Below, piece by piece: positions 47,504-60,419 of a DNA stretch of 64,000 nucleotides (within the stretch, counting starts at the first letter, position 1; each line of letters begins with the position of its first letter). The DNA lies in assembly GCA_030295235.1 (NCBI GenBank), contig AP026162.1, positions 310,001 through 374,000 of the forward strand, given 5' to 3'. This DNA comes from Fistulifera solaris. Taxonomy: Eukaryota. A program made the translations under genes and the position numbers. Under the pieces are notes generated by a model. It was not told the DNA's origin, ran no database searches, and saw only the letters and a list, made by a program, of their open reading frames with translations.

Positions 47504-49716
47504 CTAATCCAAGTCCTGAGTGGATTCATCGACAATGGCTAGTTTCCCGTTGCGAGGCTCCACAGACCACATTTCAATGGAAAGAGAATCCGCGAACTTT
47601 CGAGGAACTTTTGCGCTCTTGTGGGTTTGTCGTCATGTTTATGACAACTCCCGGTCGTCCTCCTCTACCACAGCGGCCAGCACGATGTGCATAATGAGAT
47701 GCATCGGTCGGCAAATCCATATTGATCACGTGCGTCAATAAGGGAGCATCCAGTCCACGAGCGGCAAGCTCAGTAGCGACTACGATTCCAACATAACCTT
47801 CGCGTAAGGCCTTGCTTACTTCAGAGCGATCTGTCTTCTCGCTGCCAACCCCACCGTGGAGTGGAGCTGCAATGATGCCCATTTCCTCTAGTTTCTCAAC
47901 AACAATATTGACTTTGCGGGAATTCTCAACAAAAATCAGAATTTGCTGCGGTATAGGATCGGTGTGCAGTATTTTTCGTAGATAGTCGAGCGCAAACCGC
48001 CGATGAGGAACATGAACCACTCCGTGTATGACAGTTCGGCTCACACGCGTCCCCTCACCAGTTGCCTTGCTACCGATACCTGAGGTTACCATCACGTCAT
48101 TTGAATCAGCCATAGCCGTAGCGTAATCATCTCGCAAGTAATTCTGAAGCTTCGAAGAGCCGACCAAATCGGAAGCTGTCGCCGAACATAAAACGGATTG
48201 CAAAGCGTCGCCCTGGTTCTGCTTCAAACGCTGAACAAGCGCAGTGGTGGGGTCGCGGTGAGCCTTGTACTCCAACAAGGCGTCGCATTCATCCAATACC
48301 AACGAGCTAACTTTGCTTATCTTCAATCGACCATTTTTCTCTCCTGGTCGTCCAACAATGAGCTCAGCTAGACGCCCTGGAGTGCCTACGAGAATGGCAG
48401 GCTTGTTCTTTCTTATCTGCTCCAAGTTTCTACTGAACGTCGTCCCTCCAATCGATAGCATACAAGTGATCTCTGTCCCTTGCAATAGTTCTCTAGCAAC
48501 ACTGACGATCTGACTCGCAAGTTCTCGACCAGGAGCAACAAGTATCGTCTGCACGCTTTTGTCCAGGGACGACGATTCATCCAGAAGTTTCTGCACCAAG
48601 GGAACAAGAAAGGCTAACGTCTTACCACTCCCTGTGTAAGTTCCGACAAGAACATCCTTGCCTCGAATAATCGATGAACAAGAATTGGTTTGAACGGCGA
48701 GCGGGCGACCACAGCCCATTTTTTCCAAGTTCCGGAGCAGAACAGGTGAGCTGATACCTAAATCCTCCCAACTCTGACTATCTTTTGCCACGTATCGATT
48801 GGTCAAGTACTGAGTCTCTTTGTAGTAATCGGATGGATCAACACCCAACGATCGGAGAGATTCTTCAAAATTCTTTTCTGCCTGTTTCAACGTCAAGAAG
48901 AGAGGCTTGCCGTTCTCATCGAGGAGGGAAACCGCTGGGTTTTTCTCCTGGCGTTCTTTCCTTTTAACGTCTGCTTTCTCGGTTGACTCGTCGACTGATA
49001 TTGATGACTCAGTTGATAATTTACGAAAGAAAAATCCACCCGAATTATCGTTCCTGCTGAACGTTCCGACTCCACCAGCGGGTTTTGGTGCAATCAAATC
49101 GTCGACGACAAAATCGTTCTTCGAGGAACGCGTTCTCTCCGGCTCATAGCCAACATCCTCCCTCGTCGTAATATTCCATTGTTGAATTTTCTGTCTGTTT
49201 GCCTCGATTCTCTTTTTGTAACCTTTGCTGATTCAATTGAGCACGACGTTCGAGTTTGGAGGAAACACCCGACACAACCGGCCGTGTTGCCTCTACTCCT
49301 TCACTCTTTTCCCACGGATCAAGTACGCGCCGAGCACGAAACTTGGGTACATCACCTTTCACTTTTGTCGAGGGATCATCCCATACTTCTTCTTCGTCAT
49401 CGTCGTGATCTTTGGCGGTCCATGTATTGAGATCGGTGCCCCATCGCGACGCCAGTCGGTCTTCCAGTTGTTCGATTGATTTGCTATTCCGCCACATTCG
49501 ATCTGGATTGTATTCTCGTACTTTACTGACTTCTTCATGAACAGTTTGCGTAAATCGCGGCCCTTTTCGTTTTCTTCCCGGACTGGAAGCCGGTCTTTGT
49601 TCGGATGCTAGAGACGCAGTGACGCTGACTCGCGGGGAGGAGGATGAACTCCCTTGAAACGCGTCCGTCGCGGGGAGCGCTTGCGACATTGTGAGAAGAA
49701 TCATCAAGTACTTCAT
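47504..49716 (-). CDS. Plastid-targeted DEAD-box RNA helicase; indels near 49160 and 47610
   Basis: Leader MKYLMILLTMSQALPATDA-F; TGSGKT; APGRELA; GTPGR; DECD; SAT; AARGLD; HRAGRCGR. Confidence 0.88.
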
Positions 49717-50134
49717 TCTGTTGCGTTGTTGCTGGTCCTTTCGGTACATGCTTTTCAATAGACTATTATATATACGGAGTAGTTATTTGCCTCGGACAAA
49801 ATTCTTCTTCGGCTGCGTTTTCCATTTTTCTGCGATATTTTGATGGTTGCGGGGATCGGGACTGAGAAACGGGACACGATCATGCTGACAGCTTATCGTC
49901 TGACGACGTCGCCCGCAGTTCCGCTCGTGTGTGTGTTCCACGTGACAGCAAAGAACTCATTCCCACTACGATATCGTGGGTCAACGTGTCCCCCGAATTC
50001 TGCACCAGAATTTATTCATACTTCTTTTCTATGGGACTGGAAGAAACGGTACTGCCCCCGTTTCGAGACCCGAGGCAAAAAATCTGCTCGACGCGACAGC
50101 GACAGCGTTCTCTTTGTGTTTACAAATTAGCAAC

Positions 50135-51630
50135 ATGAACAACAGCAACGACAAGTCATTCCTTACAGGAAAGAATGAGACTATCAACTCAACAAGTCAA
50201 GTAAAACCGCAAAGCGACAATGCGCCCGCGGAGCCCGAGTTCAGGTAGGTCAATTGAATCAATAATCGAAAGTTTTTCAGTCGTGCCGCATTGCCACCTG
50301 TCGAAAAAGGTGTTGCACGAAAGAAATGCTGCATGTGTTGAAAAATGCACAAGACTGAATTTTTGAAAAAGGCAAAATGATGAAACAAAGCACTCACCGT
50401 CTTTGTTATGCTTGCAGATCGGTGGCTATCGGAATGAGTCCTGGCGTACTAGATTCTGTAGCTTTTCATTCAAACTATTCTTCTCCCATTAAATTTGCGG
50501 CAAAGAATTCGACGGAATCATGTCTAGTTTTGGAAAAGACCACCCCTGTGGAAAAAGTTACGACACAGCCCATCGAGCAACTAGAAAGATACGTTCCTGA
50601 AACCTGGAAAGTTCCTAAGATTACTCGACCGGGAATGTTCTTTCGCCCCGCAGCAACTCACCGGTGTTGTGCTATGGAGCAATTGGATCAGATTTTGGCT
50701 CGATCGATTGCCACATTCAAAGAATTGAGTCTCAAAGTCACGTACCATGACTCTCCTCTTCGAGCATGCTGTTATACGATGGAGCAAGTAGAATTTACAG
50801 TCAGTTTGTGGGAACATCGCAATAATCCAGAGGAATTGATGGTCGAAATTCAGCGCACTAGTGGAGACAGTGAGATTTTCTGTCGCTATGTGCGTTCTAT
50901 TTTCGCTGCTCTGTTTGATGCGACGAGTCCGGAGCGGGATGGTGTTGCACTGGCTCCCTGTTTCAGCTCCCATCACACGAACAATCTCATGCGACTTTTT
51001 GAGCATCAAGCGGAAGAGGCGACGCAGGATGTTCTTGCAATTGTAGCCAATTCACTATCCTCTCACATGTTCAGTGAAAAGTTGATGGCGCTTGAAACCT
51101 TGGCGACACTTGTCAATCCAACCATGACCCTGCCTTCATCTGCAAAGGAGGTGGCGAAAGCAGTACTTCTTGGAGAAGGCTCTTCGATGATTTTGGATGG
51201 CAACCGCATCGGACATGATTTTCTTCAGAAGCAAATCATGTGTCTAGTCATTTCGCGACGCTGGCTGAACGAAATTAAAGACAACAGTACGTGTCTAGTA
51301 GACAAGGCGCAATACTTGGCTCTTGAAATCTTGGCGAATGGAGTGCAGCTGCTAGAGAATGCGCAAGAAATGAACCGTTTGACCGGTGCCAGCAACGGAA
51401 TTCTATTGATTCAGTCGCTTGGTGAACGGATCAAAAACGCAGCCACTGAACCACATGAAGCGTGTCTGGCTGCTAGAGTATTATGTTGTATCGACCGACT
51501 ACAGCCTACAGTCGTTCGTACTCGACTAGGTATTCAGGAGGTGCGCGTCGCGGAGACGATTGGGCGCAATTCTCATGCAGCCCTTGAAGTCGAAAGTCAG
51601 AAGTTGCGTTTCGCTCTGGAAGTTGCCTAA
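50135..51630 (+). CDS. Hypothetical protein with a KA1-like module and helical C-terminus; intron 50245-50417
   Basis: In-frame splice EFR|SVAIG; FTVSLW...LMVEIQRTSGDS..F pattern. Confidence 0.6.
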
Positions 51631-51784
51631 CAGTGTTAGATATGCTTAGTATGTATATAGTAACATATTAGGGATTGTCGAGTAGTTCGTTGCGCTGAAA
51701 GTTCTAGTTTAGTTTTTCAGATAATCTATACCTAGTACCTACCACAGGCTGTTAAATAAAAGTACAAAATGCTAGGCTGGCGCA

Positions 51785-53516
51785 TCAATTCGAACCACCC
51801 ATTTGCTCTATAAACTTGTCTAATTCATCCGAGTGACCTCCCTCAGCAGTCCCTAACGGGAGATCAGAAGGTCTCGCAACATCCAAGATAAGAACGACTC
51901 GATCGTATGAACTGTAGTTAAACGCTCGATGCGTTTTTGAGTCGTCAAAGGCTTGCAAGCGACCAACCTCATGGGTTTCAATGCAGCCGTCAACCCAAGT
52001 GCCACACAACCCTCCCGGGGGTACCTGTAACGGTAAGTGCACTCGGTACACATAGTTAGCAAGATCAGACCTGGAAAGAAAGAGCATAAGACATCATCGA
52101 TATGTAGCTTGGTGACACCTCAACATAAATCAAACTTACCACCCCGTGTGCGCTTCCAATACAGACTCTGGATCTAAACGACTGAAGAGAGCAGTTCGTA
52201 GCTGATTACCGACGACCGCTCTCAAAAGAGCGACTGTGTGAGGGACACGAGCACACGTCAAGGAAATCCACTTGAGGTTGGTCGGATTATCCGCTGGGAA
52301 ACAGTGGCAGAGAGGAAACACATGCCAAGGAGCCGCTGTACCGTTATCGGACACTTTATAATGCTGCTGCTCGGGCCACGCTGTCCACTGAGGAATTGAC
52401 AAAGCCTCCTGCTGAATGATTTTCAATATATCAGGTTCTACCAACTTTTGAGGTACGGAAATTCGTTTAGGGGATCGATGTAAGGCGGCGCCACTAACCG
52501 ATATTCATAATATGGAATCGGTTCCTTCTCTTCCTCGACAGGGAGGATATGTAGTTAGCGATTCCCAAAGACATCCATTTGGGGCCCTTACTCTCGTCTC
52601 AGGGTGAAGACTGCTCAAATACTCTCTCTTAGACAGTTTTCGGTAAACAAAAAGTTCACAGCTTTCACGAGGACATCCACTTTCAAAACTTTGCTGGACC
52701 TCCTTCCAGGGGAAGAAAAGAGCGTTGACGCCATCCGTAGACTTGAATAATGGTAGTTCTGCAGAAAGCGTGGAATATAGGGACCATGATGGACACATGT
52801 CGCTGACACGAAAGTTTTCCAGTTTCTCTGAAACCGGTGTGGGAAACACGATGATCACACAATCACCATCATGTAACAGAGTCCGATGATTGCTGTTTAG
52901 GTCTTGAAGCTCACCTTTGCGCTGGTCCAAGGCGAGACATGTTCACTGGCCCCCAATACACTGCGCAAAAGTGTGCGACTTCCGAATCCGAAGAAAGAGA
53001 GAGATTTCTGACAGTACGGAAGTCAACCCAATGCACAGCTGGCTTGCAAAAATCGGATTTGAGAGTATGTAGATTCGGGTGATCGGTCAATGGTGGCGGA
53101 GTGGAAATGTGCTGCAATGCCGTCCGCCTCCTTGTAACCGCGGAAGGAACGCATCGACAAGAACTCTCCGCATTTCTGTCTTTTACCGATGAAGCAATCC
53201 ACGCGTAAAAATCGATAGGAATGTCGCGTGGATGTTGATCGTCGCATTCCAGTAACCCAAGAACTGTCTCCTTTTCTTCAATAAATGGTCTTCGACATCG
53301 CAACCATACCATGTCAGGCTGCCTAAAATAATTCAAGTGTGAATCCTGATCCGTTGTTTTTGTCATACATTTTTGCAAGCATTCTTCTATCGACCAGCAC
53401 GATTTAGGATACATATTGTCATTGTCACTCAGTTTTCCTTGAACAGAACTGCCGACGCATTCTAACTCGAGAGGCGATTGCTCGCTCTGAAAGCAACAAA
53501 CGGGTATCTTTTTCAT
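51785..53516 (-). CDS. Aspartyl/asparaginyl beta-hydroxylase-domain (2OG-Fe) protein; intron ~52070-52139; several indels
   Basis: WTAWPE, WHVFP, ALFSRLDP...LEAHTG, RVHLPL, FDDSKTHRAFN...DRVVLILD. Confidence 0.78.
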
Positions 53517-54436
53517 GTTCTTGAAGCTTTGGCCTTCATTAAATTCGTTAAAACTTGCAAAGAGGTGTACAAATACCAAATCTATTCACGCGTATTTACA
53601 ACAAGGTTTGATGTCATCCATCGCTTGAGAAAGAGGTTGATAAGCGTACATGAAACAATGGAAGGATAAATAATGGAAGACATCGAAAGTTTCTTTTCGA
53701 TCGCAACAAAACCGCAAAGAAATCCCCCCGGTGTTTAGGGGCATCATTTAGCGTTAAGGTTCGCTCGCAAAAGCAATTTTGACCCCTAAACCTTACCGAA
53801 GTTCGATGAATGTCCGTGAAACTAAAAAGACTGGCTCGGCTGGCGTTTCGAATGGCTTTTTGGCGCGAAAAAGACCCGTCGAGGAAACGGGACAAAACGA
53901 CGAGCGGCTCACAAAAAAGTAGTGAAGCGGTAGACGGTAAATCAGAATCAACGTCGATTTTTGTGTAGCTGTTTGATGTGACACTCAAGTTTACTAAGTC
54001 AAAAACGTCCCAGTGTACATAAAGCTATTTTATAAAACAACATCACGTCATTGTGGCTTTGAAAAGGTGACGTACTTCTAAGTGCTTCGTCACGCATTTT
54101 GTTCCTTGTCATTTTCTACAACGGCTTGTTGCGGGGCTGTGGGTCGACCGACGCGGAATGCTTTCCAAACAACGGCTACACTTCGTTCTATAATAGTTTT
54201 GTTGTTCCCACAATCCTACTCTTTTTGAATGCGTTTCCGCGCCAGCCTTCCATTCTATTACGAGGAACTGTGTTCGCAATTGGCAGGGTTGCCGGTGTGA
54301 GGACAGGGATGCTTCCCTCGGAATGGCAGGCATACGATCGAAAATCGAGAGATCGACTTTTTCGAGAGGCTTCTCTTCTTTGCAATCCCCGGTTGCCACA
54401 GAAAAAAAGTGACAAAGAATATCTTTCATACAAACC

Positions 54437-56761
54437 ATGGCTTCTACCGACCCGCTTCCTACAGTTACCTCCGATGTTGATTTACAACAAGGCAATGAGG
54501 AAAGTGGCGATGCGCCGTCGGGCTTCATCTTAAAGCTCTTTCAAATGGTTTCGGGACCCGATGAGATCATATCGGTAAGTTCTATACTTCTTTGGCGATT
54601 CCGTTCGCCAACTGTGACAATTCGTATCGTTGCGGCATCTATGTCTATCGAATTTGTGAAAGGTTTTGTAAGGCGTGTACTATTTTAGAAGTTTGTGGCT
54701 ATCGAAAGGATTCCATTTTCCGGTATTTGGCATTTGTTCTTCACTGTGACTATCGGCTTTCCCATGCGTCCGGAGAGTTCCCATCGGACCCGTACATGCC
54801 GATTCCATCCACTTTTATGATGAAGAAAAGCGGCGGGAGGAGAAGCATTGGATTAAAGGAAGAAGTGGTGCATTTTTCTTCGTCGCGGCATCGGAATGGC
54901 CGAGAATGCCTCGTTTTCTTTGGAGGAATCTTGAAAGATCCAGGGCAGCTTCGCTCGGGATTTTCGGCTGAAATATCAATGACGGTCCATTTCCGATTAT
55001 CGGATAAGTGGGAAGAAGTTTTTTCAACATTTTCGTTGTTGCCAGAGCGGCGAAACCGCCATGGTCCCTGAGGCTGGGTCGGAGGACATTTTCTTCCGTG
55101 AAAGAAAATTTGCATTCAAATTTCTCCTTTGGATCGTACACTTCAATCTAGTCTACGAGTGCCGGTTCCGATGCGCAGGCGATCTTTTGCTTCGACTTGG
55201 AGAGTACTTTTCCCTTCGTTGAGTATCGAATCTTTTCCAATCCGCGTGGAGGCTGTGTGAGGCTCCGATGCGTTGGTTTTTCAGGTTATGAGGTGTCCGC
55301 ATTTTGAATTTCGTGACGTAATCGGATTACAACCCGATAGTATGACGTCATGTTCTTTGTCTCAGAAATTGTCTTTCATCTCATTTTTTCGTGATTTTCT
55401 TCTTTTGAACAGTGGACCCCCAATGGCGACGCCTTTGTCATAGGTTCAGATCTTCACCGTCTTGAAAACGAAACTCTTCCGAAGTACTTCCGACACAATC
55501 GATTCCAATCGCTTGTTCGGCAACTTAATTTTACAGCTTTCGGAAGATTAACCGAGAACGGAACGTGTGGATCTACCAGCACCCGCTGTTTCATCGAGAT
55601 CGGAAGGATGATCTTCACTTAGTCCGTCGAAGAACGTGCCCAGGTCTGGATGGTCGCAAGCAGCGCTTCTCTCGCGTCAATCGAAAGCCTGTTTCACCCG
55701 ACAGCGATGACGACGAGTCCTCCACTTCCAGCACCAGCTCAACTCAGCCGGACAACACTCTCTCGCGGAAACGCGAAGTGTCTGTGGATGATTTCGGGGC
55801 ACTCAAACGCCCTAGAAGAATGCTTTCTCCTCCTGTACACGATGTGTTGGATTACAATCCGCAGGTAACGGTAGATGCTTCGCTGGTGAAATTAACAAAG
55901 CCAACACTAGTAGAAGACCCAGAGGAGAAGCTGGCGCCCCTCGATAGCAAGATAGAAAAATTCGAGATGCGTGAACAATCGCTGATCGTTTCTGAAGTGG
56001 CTGAGAAGCTAGAGCAATTTGCTCGGAAGGCCTTAGGCCGTTCACGCTCACGTCGCGGTAATTCAGGGATCATTACTCCACCGTATGGTAACCAAGGCAC
56101 TCTCACGGCCACCAGCCTCTTGACTTACGATGACGAAAAATTTGAGGAAAGCGACGAAAATAGTTGGAGAGGCAGTTCCTCCTCAAGTTTGGGACTCGTT
56201 TCACAGTCCGAGGTGGGAGAAGACGAGGACGCGTCGTCGGTTACAGAGGCAAAGCCCGTAACACCGTTGCGAATTCGTTCTCCTCCTGTTCGTGACAACG
56301 AAATGGTTGATGCTGTTTCTTATCGTCTCTTGGAAGTGATTCATCCTGAACTTAAGGATGCCTATAGGTCCCACGTCGCTGTTGCCGCATTTTGCATGTC
56401 AACAGCACCGTGCGGCGACGAAGCGCTAGCTTCGAAAATTTTACGCTTGATTGCTTCTTGTAACAATCTCATGTCGGAATTTCAAAACTATCGCGCTGCA
56501 TTGCACCCCATTGTGGAAGGGCCGGTTCCGTCAACGACGCAAGCATTTACACCACAAGCTCGCCCCGTCCAAGGATTGCAAGTATGGGAAAAGAACTCTA
56601 GCCGAAGCGATGCCGTACACGACTTTAAGATCTTTGCCGTCAATTGCATCAACAAATTCTTGGGGGAAGGCGTTCTTGACGACTTTACTGTCCTTTCTCC
56701 ATGCGACCGACTCATCTTGATCCGCACGGTGGATCTGTGGCAGGAGAGTGCTCGTCTATAA
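54437..56761 (+). CDS. HSF-type transcription factor; 838-nt intron 54575-55412; indel near 55530
   Basis: GFILKLFQMV...IIS|WTPNGDAFVI...LPKYFRHNRFQSLVRQLNFYSFRK...YQHPLFHRDRKDDLHLVRRR is an HSF DNA-binding domain. Confidence 0.9.
54749..55341 (+). other. Long imperfect fold-back (rod-like) structure inside the HSF intron
   Basis: At least ten nested complementary pairs share a centre near 55035 (listed in findings). Confidence 0.7.
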
Positions 56762-57702
56762 AAGCTTTACATCAAAACTGCAGTTAGGCAGTGTGTGCTA
56801 GCTATGGTGGAGCTGCGAAAAACCACCATTTATCTAACTACTAGATATAACTTTTTTGTTTGGAGCAAATGCGAAACATAGTTGCTACGGAGTACTATTT
56901 ACATTCGTTCAAAGTTTCGACACTGATAACGGTCTGGCTCTCAGTACAAGTTTCTACTTAGAGTCTACGGCGAGGCAGAATTTTAACGTCGTTTCCTGGA
57001 ATGCGCGTTATTCGTGTGCCTCTCAAAACAATGAGTTGTCTCAAAAGGATGTTTCACGATTCGGCTTCTACTTTCATCAAATTATGGCGCTCCTCATTGA
57101 AGTGATCTGAGGCAACTATCATGTCCATGGGATCCCTAGCAAAGGTTCATGAACACCGCGAGATATTCTTTAAGCAGAACGAGCTTTGTAGTGTCGATTA
57201 CTCGTGGTTCAATGTTGATGGTAGCCTATTCATTCTTGGATCTAGAGTCGCCCAATTTGCTTGACCTTAGCGGCAAGATCAGAAGGATGGCGCGACGGCG
57301 CACCTTCACATTTTACAAATAACAAAACTCCAGTCCTGTTTCTAAAGAATGCTAACCGTAGAATATCCTCTCGTACAGTCTTTTCCCTAATTGTTATTCG
57401 TACTTCATTTGAATGATACGGCCCTTTCGCGAAGGACTTCCATAATGCATTAGTGACTCTATAATAGAAAGTAGTTCCGAAAAGCCTGAATTGAAACGTG
57501 AGAAGAGTTTTTGTCATGACGGAACATTCCGAGCATGACCAAAAAAGTCGACTTGCTCCATGCACGAGCACGACGGATCAAGTGATTTCCGGAATCTTTC
57601 TTGGTCATACATCCTTGAATAGACATCATGGAACATGCACATCACATTCGTCTCACAACATTGTTTGAACTGCTTTCGTTGTAACTGAAATCGCCCTTCA
57701 GG

Positions 57703-59022
57703 ATGACGCTTTGCGCCAGCAGCCTTTCGCCTACTCGATATTGGGCGCACGGTCCTTCCTTTCTTTTCCACGAAATGGAACGAGCCTCCTCTGCCGCAGA
57801 TCCTCTGGAGTTTCCTTTACCGTTGATCGAAAAAGCTGTACTTGAAAAGATTTCGGTGACGGATCATCGTACGCGCTTAGCAACGCCGATCAAACCAGTC
57901 ATTATTCATCAATATTGCCCCAAACGTCGTTTGTTGAATGATGAAGATCGAGCGTATTTACTTCACAAAAAGATTGCCAAGACGGCTTATGGATCTGTTT
58001 ATGTTTGTATTGTACTGAGGAAACAAGAAGTGAATGAAGGCAAAACCACTCAATGGGAAACGACGGAAGAACTAGTCGCCATCAAAATTTCTTCTCTCGA
58101 ACGCATCCGCGCGGCTCGAGGCAAAAGCATGGAAGATCCTATCAAAGAAGCATCGGCTTTGCAATTTGTAGGCAACTATCACAGCAATATTCTTGGATGT
58201 CGCGAAGTTCTGCAGACGGATGGCTACTTGATGGTGGTCATGGATTATTGCCGAAAAGGAAATATGTACACGCGATTACTCGGTTCTTCTTCGAAAAGTT
58301 CAACCAAGGCCACGAAGAAGAAACCGGGAGAAGCGTTAGCACGTGTGTGGTTCCAGCAGCTTCTTCAATGCTTGGTGCATCTGGAGAATAAAGGAATTTG
58401 CCACGGTGACATTTGCTTAGAGAATCTTTTGATTGATGATGATTCACATGCCCTCCATTTGATCGACTTCGGAACTGCTCTTCGTATTCCATACGTTGAT
58501 CAGCGAGATGACGGCGGAGTTGTCGATGCTTCTGAAGGGAGCGTTCGTCGACTCATTCGTAACAAAGGGCGAAATGGTAAACTAACGTATCTCGCTCCTG
58601 AATTGGTGGACAAAATGGACGAGTTTGATGGTTTTGCCGTGGACCTATGGTCGGCTGGAATCATCCTTTTCATAATGTTGGTCGGAAAAGCCCCGTTTGC
58701 GGTGGCGAGTACGTCAGATTACCGCTTCAACGAAATTAGCAAAGGCCGTTTGAGTAACATCATCAACCGTTCGGACCTAAAGATAAGCCCAGAAGCCTGC
58801 AACCTCTTACAAAACATGTTATGGAGAAAACCGGACAAGCGCTTGAATCTTTCTCAAGTTCTTATGCATCCTTGGGTATCTGGTTGTTCCAAGCCGCCGC
58901 CGTACCCTCACTACCATCCCACCGAAGGAGAGTCCCATCGCGCCGTTGACAAGTCGCGCGGTGAAAAAAGTGAAGCGGACAAACGCCGCCGATACTTGTC
59001 GCCGCAAGGATCTTCCAGTTGA
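57703..59022 (+). CDS. Ser/Thr protein kinase (CAMK-like; start may be 57775)
   Basis: VAIK, HGDICLEN, IDFG, YLAPE, DLWSAG. Confidence 0.9.
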   Translation: MTLCASSLSPTRYWAHGPSFLFHEMERASSAADPLEFPLPLIEKAVLEKISVTDHRTRLATPIKPVIIHQYCPKRRLLNDEDRAYLLHKKIAKTAYGSVYVCIVLRKQEVNEGKTTQWETTEELVAIKISSLERIRAARGKSMEDPIKEASALQFVGNYHSNILGCREVLQTDGYLMVVMDYCRKGNMYTRLLGSSSKSSTKATKKKPGEALARVWFQQLLQCLVHLENKGICHGDICLENLLIDDDSHALHLIDFGTALRIPYVDQRDDGGVVDASEGSVRRLIRNKGRNGKLTYLAPELVDKMDEFDGFAVDLWSAGIILFIMLVGKAPFAVASTSDYRFNEISKGRLSNIINRSDLKISPEACNLLQNMLWRKPDKRLNLSQVLMHPWVSGCSKPPPYPHYHPTEGESHRAVDKSRGEKSEADKRRRYLSPQGSSS

Positions 59023-59262
59023 AATATGTCTTCTATAGCCGCGAAGCACTCGTATCTCATGGAAGCTTTCCAACAGCCAAGCAAAAGTAACGAATGTCTT
59101 TGCTTGACTCACATAAGTTCCGCCTTTTACATTGAAGAGGCGACATTCGAACGAACAAAAACTTTTTGATTCATTTATATATACTTTGAATCATAATTAC
59201 AAGAGTAGGTTCATATTATATTCATTTAAACTGCGTATTGAACCCAACAAGTGCAAATAAGC

Positions 59263-60419
59263 TTATGATTTGTATACAGGTAGAGAGACTTCATTCAATC
59301 GTTTCCAGGGCGGAGTAAAGGGATCGTTGTACTGTGCCACCGCAAAGACATCCTCTTCATTGTATTTCCATTCCGATTGTTCGGCCAAGTATTTTTGGAG
59401 CTGTGACTTTCGTTGTTCGACTTCGTTCTTGGATGCATATCCCCCGAACATGACGACAGCGCGTACTTCTCCGGGTACGTCTTCCAAACGGACCCCACTG
59501 CCACCCAAAGGTTCAGGTGCCGTTTTACCGCCGTTCCAGTAGGCAGAAGGCAAAACAAACGACATGGTTCTGTTGTCACCACCAGTCATGAAAACAGGAG
59601 TAGTCATTTTCATCGCTTGCTGCTCTTTGTTCTTTCCAAAGAGATATCCAGCCAACGAACCAAATGCTCTCGAACTCGGCTGTTCAGGGCTCGCCACTGC
59701 TTCATCGGTCGCGTTGTTCACGGGTCGAGTCGTCGAAACACTCACCGAACAAACACGAAACGGATCGTATTTCCGAATTTCAAAATTCGACTTTTGTTGG
59801 AGCACTGTGTATTGGGGTGTCTCCAGATCTGCCGGACGACGCTGCACTAGATCTTTGGCATTGACTTTGGATTCTTGACGCGCCTGTTTCTCCAATGATC
59901 GAATCGCAGGTTGTCGCTTGACATCTTCCCCGGCAAGACTCTGCAACAACAAAACGAAAGCTCGTCGTCGTCGACGTTCTCGTCCCTCCACGGTATCGTC
60001 TTCTCCATCATTGACCGTCGGCGTGGTGAGACTGAGTGTACGTTGAAGTGCCGCCCATCGGGATCGTTTCGATACTCGTGCCGTCAGCGGTACTGCCGTC
60101 CAAAAGGGGAGTTTGGTCGGAATGGCTTCCAGGAGATCGTCGACGTAGGCTTGTCGAACGGCCTCACTTTGTGAGCGTAACGTGGCGAGTTCATTGAGGA
60201 GTTCTTTGGCCCCCGAAGGATCCTTCGCTAATGCTTGTTGCAGTCGTTCGACTCTTTGTTCATCTGTAAGAGATACATAAACAGTTGTGGCTGTGGACTC
60301 GGCAGCGATGATTTGATTTTGAAACAGAGACGTCGAAAAGAGTGCTTTCCTTGGCTGATCGCAAAACCCGACACGCCCGAGAGAGCGAAAGGGCAAAGTA
60401 GGAGCAGCACGAAACACAT
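59263..60419 (-). CDS. SOUL heme-binding protein, probably plastid-targeted; N-terminal indel
   Basis: LETPQYTVL...FEIRKY; AFGSLAGYLFGKN; MKMTTPV; MSFVLP; AQYNDPFTPPWKRLNEV. Signal peptide MCFVLLLLCPFALSGVSG-F from ATG 60419 lies in an adjacent frame. Confidence 0.88.

Noticed and set aside
54592..55141. 159-aa, 121-aa and 108-aa ORFs inside the HSF intron (intron-encoded protein, group I/II intron or hammerhead retrozyme)
   Set aside because: No maturase/endonuclease motifs, the boundaries are ordinary GT-AG, and I found no CUGANGA...GAAA hammerhead core.
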